Virus record (IMG/VR): IMGVR_UViG_2681813321_000016
DNA: 8,261 bases
Origin: a virus
Taxonomy: Duplodnaviria; Heunggongvirae; Uroviricota; Caudoviricetes
Direction: 5' to 3' (one strand)
Each line of letters begins with the position of its first letter. Position 1 is the first letter of the stretch. A model generated the notes under the pieces. The model worked only from the letters and a program-made list of their open reading frames with translations. It made no database searches and had not been told where the DNA came from. Both the position numbers and the translations under genes were made by a program. Below, in pieces: positions 1 to 5,569 of the stretch.

Positions 1-26
1 AATGTTAAAACCAAGGTTCAAGGTAC
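1..26. other. Candidate degenerate hix-like site at the left window edge
   Basis: AATGTTAAAACC-AA-GGTTCAAGGTAC: the central AAAACCAAGGTT is identical to the centre of Salmonella hixL as I remember it, but the outer arms are poorly conserved. At the window edge, so context is missing. Confidence 0.3.
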
Positions 27-114
27 TGTAGTAATGTTTTCCGCTTCAGGGAAAAAATAGCATCCAACCGCAGCACGTTCTTGCTTAAGACGTGCTGCGG
101 CATAATCCCAATGA

Positions 115-465
115 TTACTCCCTGACAGGGTTCGTAGGCCACTCAATATCAGGTGCAGTTGATGTATCAACACGGTTCAGCAACACCCGATACTTTTTCC
201 AGGCTTCCACCACCAGCACGACAAGATGCCGCATACAGTGAACCAGTCAGTCCAGTTTTCAGACAACCAGTGCGTCACCTTTTTGAAGGCGCTTTAAAGC
301 ACGTTTTAATCCAGGTCGGCCTGTCCTTGTTCCGCTTAATTTATCTTCAAATATTTGTTCATATCCTGCACAAACAAGAGCGTTTCGTTGCAGATCTGTA
401 TTCTGGTCATTTGTTGATACCCTTACATAGCCAATCAGCACGCTGAATCTCCCGTCCAAAAGCAC
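115..465 (-). pseudogene. pin: Serine DNA invertase (Gin/Pin/Cin/Hin family) pseudogene; intact N-terminal 68 codons (259..465) then in-frame stops and decayed remnant
   Basis: Minus-strand ORF 259..465 reads LIGYVRVSTNDQNTDLQRNALVCAGYEQIFEDKLSGTRTGRPGLKRALKRLQKGDALVV, nearly identical to the N-terminus of Gin/Pin-type invertases as I recall them, including the catalytic-serine VRVST motif. The expected W after VV is TGA; the continuing frame reads [39 protein letters not shown], still weakly alignable to the invertase core but with a second stop. Likely GTG start at 439-441 with GGGAGA 6-7 nt upstream. Symbol is family-level only. Confidence 0.75.
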
Positions 466-495
466 AAATCATGCCATACAGGCCAGAAACCGCCA

Positions 496-521
496 TTATC
501 TAAAACCTCGGTTTACGAGAA
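496..521. other. Crossover site 1 (gix/hix/pix-like 26-bp site) adjacent to the invertase pseudogene
   Basis: TTATCTAAAACC-TC-GGTTTACGAGAA: two imperfect 12-bp inverted half-sites around a 2-bp core, matching the architecture and much of the sequence of the Gin/Hin crossover sites as I recall them. It sits about 30 bp from the invertase start and is the inverted partner of site 3. Confidence 0.75.
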
Positions 522-668
522 CTCGGCACAAGCGGGGAGAAAATACCGTTACTCAGTACAGCGAATACCTGGACTAATCGACAAACATTCAGCGGTGGCC
601 TTTCTGGTGAACTATCCGGCAATGCTTCTACAGCTGCAAAATTAAAAACTGCCAGGAAAATAAGCAAT

Positions 669-1454
669 GTGGCTTTTGATGGTTCCTCCGATATCACATT
701 AAAAGCAAGTCATGTTGGTGCGTTTGCCTTAGGGAAAACAGGAAGCACCGTTGCGAATGATAAAGCAGTTGGATGGAACTGGAGTAGCGGAGCCTATAAC
801 GCAACTATTAGTGGTGCATCAACGTTAATTATTCATTTTTATATGGGAGAAGGAAGTTGTCCTGCAGCTCAGTTTCGGATTAATTATAAAAATGGCGGTG
901 TTTTTTATCGTTCAGCCCGTGATGGTTATGGTTTTGAAGCCGACTGGTCCGAATTTTACACCACCACCAGAAAACCTTCAGCAGGAGATGTTGGTGCACT
1001 GCCGTTATCTGGTGGTCAACTGAATGGTACACTGGGTATCGGAACATCCAGTGCTCTTGGCGGTAATTCGATTGTATTGGGTGATAATGACACGGGCTTT
1101 AAACAAAATGGCGATGGTAATCTGGATGTTTATGCTAATAACGTCCATGTTATGCGCTTTGTCTCCGGAAGCATTCAAAGTAATAAAACCATAAATATTA
1201 CAGGGCGTGTTAACCCCTCGGATTACGGTAACTTTGATTCCCGTTATGTGAAAGATGTTCGACTTGGTTCACAGCAATATTATGGAGTGAACAACTGGCA
1301 AACATGGTATTTCCGGTGCCCTTCAGGTCATGTATTGTCTGGTATTAATGTTCAGGATACAGGGTCTAACTCTGCCGATAATATAGCGGGCGTTTATTAC
1401 AGACCCGTTCAAAAGTATATAAATGGCACCTGGTATAATGTAGCGAGCGTTTAA
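669..1454 (+). CDS. Tail fiber variable C-terminal tip cassette SvA, silent mirror copy (frame open from 504, no own start or promoter)
   Basis: Translation is identical to the C-terminal 261 aa of the long minus-strand fiber ORF. The frame is open from just after a TAA at 501-503 inside site 1; the ORF track start at 669 is a GTG. Contains the fiber motif [22 protein letters not shown] and C-terminal [14 protein letters not shown]. Confidence 0.7.
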   Translation: MAFDGSSDITLKASHVGAFALGKTGSTVANDKAVGWNWSSGAYNATISGASTLIIHFYMGEGSCPAAQFRINYKNGGVFYRSARDGYGFEADWSEFYTTTRKPSAGDVGALPLSGGQLNGTLGIGTSSALGGNSIVLGDNDTGFKQNGDGNLDVYANNVHVMRFVSGSIQSNKTINITGRVNPSDYGNFDSRYVKDVRLGSQQYYGVNNWQTWYFRCPSGHVLSGINVQDTGSNSADNIAGVYYRPVQKYINGTWYNVASV

Positions 1455-1455
1455 T

Positions 1456-1989
1456 ATGATGCACTTAAAGAACATAAAAGCGGGTAATGCTAAAACACTG
1501 GAACAGTATGAGTTAACAAAGAAACACGGAGTTATCTGGCTTTACTCTGAGGACGAAAAAAACTGGTATGAGGAAGTGAAAAACTTTCAGCCAGACACCA
1601 TAAAGATTGTTTACGATGAAAATAATATTATTGTTGCCATAACCAAAGATGCCTCCACACTTAACCCTGAAGGTTATAGCGTCGTTGAGATTCCTGATAT
1701 TACCGCCAACCGGCGTGCTGACGACTCAGGTAAATGGATGTTTAAAGATGGCGCAGTCATTAAACGTGTATATACCGAAGAAGAGTTGCGCCTACAGACG
1801 GAAAACCAGAAAAAAATATTATTACAGCAGGCCAGAGAAAAAACGCAGTTCTGGCAAACACAGCTTACTTTGGGGATTATCACTGATTCAGACAGACAGC
1901 AACTGATGAACTGGATGCGATACGTGCAACAGGTTGAGACAACTGATACCTCGGTTCTTCCTGTAACATTCCCGGAACCACCAGAATAA
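1456..1989 (+). CDS. tfa: Tail fiber assembly protein TfaA (mirror copy)
   Basis: 177-aa ORF starting 2 nt after the SvA stop (translational coupling); [30 protein letters not shown]... is typical of Tfa/U-type tail fiber assembly chaperones; identical to 5035..5568 on the minus strand. Symbol is family-level only. Confidence 0.8.
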   Translation: MMHLKNIKAGNAKTLEQYELTKKHGVIWLYSEDEKNWYEEVKNFQPDTIKIVYDENNIIVAITKDASTLNPEGYSVVEIPDITANRRADDSGKWMFKDGAVIKRVYTEEELRLQTENQKKILLQQAREKTQFWQTQLTLGIITDSDRQQLMNWMRYVQQVETTDTSVLPVTFPEPPE

Positions 1990-1992
1990 GAA

Positions 1993-2010
1993 AAGGCCCG
2001 TACGGGCCTT
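1993..2010. terminator. Bidirectional intrinsic terminator between convergent tfa genes
   Basis: Perfect palindrome AAGGCCCGTACGGGCCTT (GC-rich stem GGCCC, loop GTAC) with an A-run upstream and T-rich tract downstream on both strands, placed between the stop codons of the convergent tfaA and tfaB. Confidence 0.6.
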
Positions 2011-2019
2011 AATTTGTTG

Positions 2020-2547
2020 TTATTCTGGTTTCTGTGGCCATTCAGGCTTTGCAGTATCCACACGGCTGACCATAACGCTGTAGCGTTCCCATGATTCCAG
2101 TCGTGTGCGTTCCTCATCAGTTGCCATATTCAGTCTGACAGCACGTTCCAGCGGTTGAATCACAGACTCCGCTTCGGAAAGCAAAGCGGCTTTTTGTAAC
2201 TCTGCCTGCTGTTGCAGTTCCTGTTTTGTATATTCCCGCTTTACTACTTTACCATCCAGAAACTTCCAGTTTCCCGAGATATCGGCGCGACGGTTGGCTG
2301 TTATATTCGGTAACTCAACAACACTTAACCCGTCAGGGTTAAGTGTTGATACGTCTTTCTCAATACAACGAATAATCCCCTTCTGGTCATAAGCTATTTT
2401 TAAAGTATCATCCTGAAAGTTTTTTAATTCGTCATACCAGTTTTTACCGTCTTCTGTATATAGCCAGATAACGCCAGCTTTTTTCGTAAGCTGATACTGC
2501 TCAATGGTTTTGGGGTTTCCGGCGGTAATATTTTTCAGATGTTGCAT
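2020..2547 (-). CDS. tfa: Tail fiber assembly protein TfaB (mirror copy)
   Basis: 175-aa [33 protein letters not shown]..., a paralogue of TfaA along its length; identical to 4477..5004 on the plus strand. Symbol is family-level only. Confidence 0.8.
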   Translation of the reverse strand: MQHLKNITAGNPKTIEQYQLTKKAGVIWLYTEDGKNWYDELKNFQDDTLKIAYDQKGIIRCIEKDVSTLNPDGLSVVELPNITANRRADISGNWKFLDGKVVKREYTKQELQQQAELQKAALLSEAESVIQPLERAVRLNMATDEERTRLESWERYSVMVSRVDTAKPEWPQKPE

Positions 2548-2562
2548 ATATTCTCCTGATGG

Positions 2563-3438
2563 CTATGCCTGTTCAACGTTATACCAGTTACCAGAAATGT
2601 ATTTTTGTAGTGGTCGTGACACCATCCAGTCATCTCCATCAACCTCACCAATAATTTGCAATCCTGTTGTCACATGACCATTACCTGGTTCGCAAAGTCC
2701 TCCGCGATATAATGTGTCAGAACGTCTGCCTCCCAGACGCACATTTCTGATAAAAGAACTATTCAGGTAATCATTTAAGTTTGAACCCCAGCACCCACCA
2801 AATATATTTCCATCGGTGTTATAACGGACGCCACCCGCAATAAGAGCACCCGGTGAAATAAAGGATTTATCGTTCGGGTTAAACTGCCATAAAGCATCAT
2901 TACCGCCATCGCCACGCATATGAATACATGGAACCGGAAATCCATACTGTTCTGTCAGTAAATACCCAAAGCTGACCGCGCCGGGATAGCCCTGTCCATT
3001 GCGAATGGACAAGCCCTTAACTATCGGCACGTAATGACCACCAGGAGTGGGATTCCAGGCAAACTGCGTCTGAACAAAAGGCGCGGTGGCATTATTCAAC
3101 TGGTCTGCAAATGCGCCACTTCCATCAGGAATTATTCCCTGATGAATATATGCAACCCGCTTATAAAAATCAGCAGATGCGGGTTGAAGCCCAAATGCCA
3201 GTTGTCCATTTGAATAGAATAAAAGGACACCGTCGCCGCCCTGTTTAATACCAGTGTCGTTATCTCCGAGAGTAATGGAATTACCGCCCAGTGCGTTATC
3301 TGTACCAAGCGCCAGCCCACCATCAATTTTGGCCCCGTGGCTGACAGATATAGCACCTGTTCTCAGATTTATAGCGAATGGCCTTAATGGGCCTATATCA
3401 CCGTTTTCGCCTTGTCCTTCAGCCGTCGGAACCTCGGT
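2563..3438 (-). CDS. Tail fiber variable tip cassette SvB, 5'-truncated silent mirror copy
   Basis: The ORF track gives 2563..3099 (TTG start), but the frame is open up to a TAA at 3439-3441. The encoded sequence is identical to the C-terminal part of the plus-strand ORF 3412..4461 yet lacks the first ~54 codons of that cassette, which lie in the unique 161-bp spacer. Confidence 0.6.
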   Translation of the reverse strand, partial: TEVPTAEGQGENGDIGPLRPFAINLRTGAISVSHGAKIDGGLALGTDNALGGNSITLGDNDTGIKQGGDGVLLFYSNGQLAFGLQPASADFYKRVAYIHQGIIPDGSGAFADQLNNATAPFVQTQFAWNPTPGGHYVPIVKGLSIRNGQGYPGAVSFGYLLTEQYGFPVPCIHMRGDGGNDALWQFNPNDKSFISPGALIAGGVRYNTDGNIFGGCWGSNLNDYLNSSFIRNVRLGGRRSDTLYRGGLCEPGNGHVTTGLQIIGEVDGDDWMVSRPLQKYISGNWYNVEQA

Positions 3439-4461
3439 TTACAGGAAACGGTAAACAAGGCTGGTAACGCCGTTCAGCGTTCCGGCGATAAAATGACCGG
3501 AGAACTGAAAATTGGCACGGTGAATGCGCTGCGAATTTTCAATGATGCCTTCGGTCTTATTTTCCGTCGTTCAGAAGATTTTCTTCATTTCATTCCGACG
3601 GCTGAAGGACAAGGCGAAAACGGTGATATAGGCCCATTAAGGCCATTCGCTATAAATCTGAGAACAGGTGCTATATCTGTCAGCCACGGGGCCAAAATTG
3701 ATGGTGGGCTGGCGCTTGGTACAGATAACGCACTGGGCGGTAATTCCATTACTCTCGGAGATAACGACACTGGTATTAAACAGGGCGGCGACGGTGTCCT
3801 TTTATTCTATTCAAATGGACAACTGGCATTTGGGCTTCAACCCGCATCTGCTGATTTTTATAAGCGGGTTGCATATATTCATCAGGGAATAATTCCTGAT
3901 GGAAGTGGCGCATTTGCAGACCAGTTGAATAATGCCACCGCGCCTTTTGTTCAGACGCAGTTTGCCTGGAATCCCACTCCTGGTGGTCATTACGTGCCGA
4001 TAGTTAAGGGCTTGTCCATTCGCAATGGACAGGGCTATCCCGGCGCGGTCAGCTTTGGGTATTTACTGACAGAACAGTATGGATTTCCGGTTCCATGTAT
4101 TCATATGCGTGGCGATGGCGGTAATGATGCTTTATGGCAGTTTAACCCGAACGATAAATCCTTTATTTCACCGGGTGCTCTTATTGCGGGTGGCGTCCGT
4201 TATAACACCGATGGAAATATATTTGGTGGGTGCTGGGGTTCAAACTTAAATGATTACCTGAATAGTTCTTTTATCAGAAATGTGCGTCTGGGAGGCAGAC
4301 GTTCTGACACATTATATCGCGGAGGACTTTGCGAACCAGGTAATGGTCATGTGACAACAGGATTGCAAATTATTGGTGAGGTTGATGGAGATGACTGGAT
4401 GGTGTCACGACCACTACAAAAATACATTTCTGGTAACTGGTATAACGTTGAACAGGCATAG
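3412..4461 (+). CDS. Tail fiber variable tip cassette SvB (complete cassette, currently in the OFF orientation)
   Basis: 349-aa ORF; the TTG at 3412 is probably not a real start, as the cassette proper begins at the site 2 core. Sequence after the site (QETVNKAGNAVQRSGD...) resembles the start of invertible fiber tips in e14/Mu/P1-type systems as I recall them. Contains ALGGNSITLGDNDTGIKQGGDG and C-terminal RPLQKYISGNWYNV. Confidence 0.75.
   Translation: MSFSRRNLGLQETVNKAGNAVQRSGDKMTGELKIGTVNALRIFNDAFGLIFRRSEDFLHFIPTAEGQGENGDIGPLRPFAINLRTGAISVSHGAKIDGGLALGTDNALGGNSITLGDNDTGIKQGGDGVLLFYSNGQLAFGLQPASADFYKRVAYIHQGIIPDGSGAFADQLNNATAPFVQTQFAWNPTPGGHYVPIVKGLSIRNGQGYPGAVSFGYLLTEQYGFPVPCIHMRGDGGNDALWQFNPNDKSFISPGALIAGGVRYNTDGNIFGGCWGSNLNDYLNSSFIRNVRLGGRRSDTLYRGGLCEPGNGHVTTGLQIIGEVDGDDWMVSRPLQKYISGNWYNVEQA
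3422..3447. other. Crossover site 2: hybrid site with conserved core and right half but degenerate left half
   Basis: GCCGTCGGAACC-TC-GGTTTACAGGAA. The right half and core match sites 1 and 3; the left half is instead the mirror image of SvB coding sequence (reverse complement of 3591-3602). Same orientation as site 1, inverted relative to site 3. In the SvB frame it encodes NLGLQE, paralleling YLGLRE at site 3. Confidence 0.65.
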
Positions 4462-4476
4462 CCATCAGGAGAATAT

Positions 4477-5004
4477 ATGCAACATCTGAAAAATATTACC
4501 GCCGGAAACCCCAAAACCATTGAGCAGTATCAGCTTACGAAAAAAGCTGGCGTTATCTGGCTATATACAGAAGACGGTAAAAACTGGTATGACGAATTAA
4601 AAAACTTTCAGGATGATACTTTAAAAATAGCTTATGACCAGAAGGGGATTATTCGTTGTATTGAGAAAGACGTATCAACACTTAACCCTGACGGGTTAAG
4701 TGTTGTTGAGTTACCGAATATAACAGCCAACCGTCGCGCCGATATCTCGGGAAACTGGAAGTTTCTGGATGGTAAAGTAGTAAAGCGGGAATATACAAAA
4801 CAGGAACTGCAACAGCAGGCAGAGTTACAAAAAGCCGCTTTGCTTTCCGAAGCGGAGTCTGTGATTCAACCGCTGGAACGTGCTGTCAGACTGAATATGG
4901 CAACTGATGAGGAACGCACACGACTGGAATCATGGGAACGCTACAGCGTTATGGTCAGCCGTGTGGATACTGCAAAGCCTGAATGGCCACAGAAACCAGA
5001 ATAA
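4477..5004 (+). CDS. tfa: Tail fiber assembly protein TfaB, cognate chaperone of SvB
   Basis: 175-aa ORF with AGGAGA Shine-Dalgarno 4 nt upstream of the ATG; identical to 2020..2547 on the minus strand. Symbol is family-level only. Confidence 0.85.
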   Translation: MQHLKNITAGNPKTIEQYQLTKKAGVIWLYTEDGKNWYDELKNFQDDTLKIAYDQKGIIRCIEKDVSTLNPDGLSVVELPNITANRRADISGNWKFLDGKVVKREYTKQELQQQAELQKAALLSEAESVIQPLERAVRLNMATDEERTRLESWERYSVMVSRVDTAKPEWPQKPE

Positions 5005-5013
5005 CAACAAATT

Positions 5014-5031
5014 AAGGCCCGTACGGGCCTT
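5014..5031. terminator. Bidirectional intrinsic terminator (mirror copy of 1993-2010)
   Basis: Same palindrome AAGGCCCGTACGGGCCTT followed by TTTTCTTATTC on the plus strand; lies between convergent tfaB and tfaA. Confidence 0.6.
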
Positions 5032-5034
5032 TTC

Positions 5035-5568
5035 TTATTCTGGTGGTTCCGGGAATGTTACAGGAAGAACCGAGGTATCAGTTGTCTCAACCTGTTGCAC
5101 GTATCGCATCCAGTTCATCAGTTGCTGTCTGTCTGAATCAGTGATAATCCCCAAAGTAAGCTGTGTTTGCCAGAACTGCGTTTTTTCTCTGGCCTGCTGT
5201 AATAATATTTTTTTCTGGTTTTCCGTCTGTAGGCGCAACTCTTCTTCGGTATATACACGTTTAATGACTGCGCCATCTTTAAACATCCATTTACCTGAGT
5301 CGTCAGCACGCCGGTTGGCGGTAATATCAGGAATCTCAACGACGCTATAACCTTCAGGGTTAAGTGTGGAGGCATCTTTGGTTATGGCAACAATAATATT
5401 ATTTTCATCGTAAACAATCTTTATGGTGTCTGGCTGAAAGTTTTTCACTTCCTCATACCAGTTTTTTTCGTCCTCAGAGTAAAGCCAGATAACTCCGTGT
5501 TTCTTTGTTAACTCATACTGTTCCAGTGTTTTAGCATTACCCGCTTTTATGTTCTTTAAGTGCATCAT
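5035..5568 (-). CDS. tfa: Tail fiber assembly protein TfaA, expressed copy downstream of the fiber gene
   Basis: 177-aa ORF whose start lies 2 nt past the stop of the fiber gene on the minus strand (coupled); identical to 1456..1989. Symbol is family-level only. Confidence 0.85.
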   Translation of the reverse strand: MMHLKNIKAGNAKTLEQYELTKKHGVIWLYSEDEKNWYEEVKNFQPDTIKIVYDENNIIVAITKDASTLNPEGYSVVEIPDITANRRADDSGKWMFKDGAVIKRVYTEEELRLQTENQKKILLQQAREKTQFWQTQLTLGIITDSDRQQLMNWMRYVQQVETTDTSVLPVTFPEPPE

Positions 5569-5569
5569 A

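Larger units (their letters stand above)
505..3431. repeat. Left arm of a ~2.9-kb inverted duplication (mirror of 3593-6519)
   Basis: Every ORF in every frame in this arm has an identical-translation partner at coordinate 7024 minus x on the other strand; spot checks of raw sequence at both arm ends, the terminator and the SvA start are exact reverse complements. Mirror breaks at 504/6520 and at 3432/3592. Confidence 0.9.

Noticed and set aside
153-446. Plus-strand 97-aa ORF overlapping the invertase pseudogene
   Set aside because: It is antisense to the clearly homologous invertase N-terminus and has no recognisable motifs; most likely a shadow ORF.
1649-2117. Antisense or out-of-frame ORFs over the tfa genes (1674..2117 -, 1649..1906 +, mirrored at 4907..5350 + and 5118..5375 -)
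   Set aside because: They overlap well-supported tfa genes, one runs straight through the terminator palindrome, and the Cys-rich or basic translations have no recognisable features. Their exact mirroring only reflects the DNA duplication.
3132-3892. Small mirrored ORFs near the symmetry axis (3132..3356 -, 3254..3454 +, 3585..3770 -, 3668..3892 +)
   Set aside because: They are out of frame or antisense relative to the SvB cassette and exist in pairs only because of the inverted duplication.
4090-4110. RGD tripeptide in the SvB tip (HMRGDGGND)
   Set aside because: A three-residue motif is expected by chance and has no established role in phage receptor binding; not meaningful without structural context.
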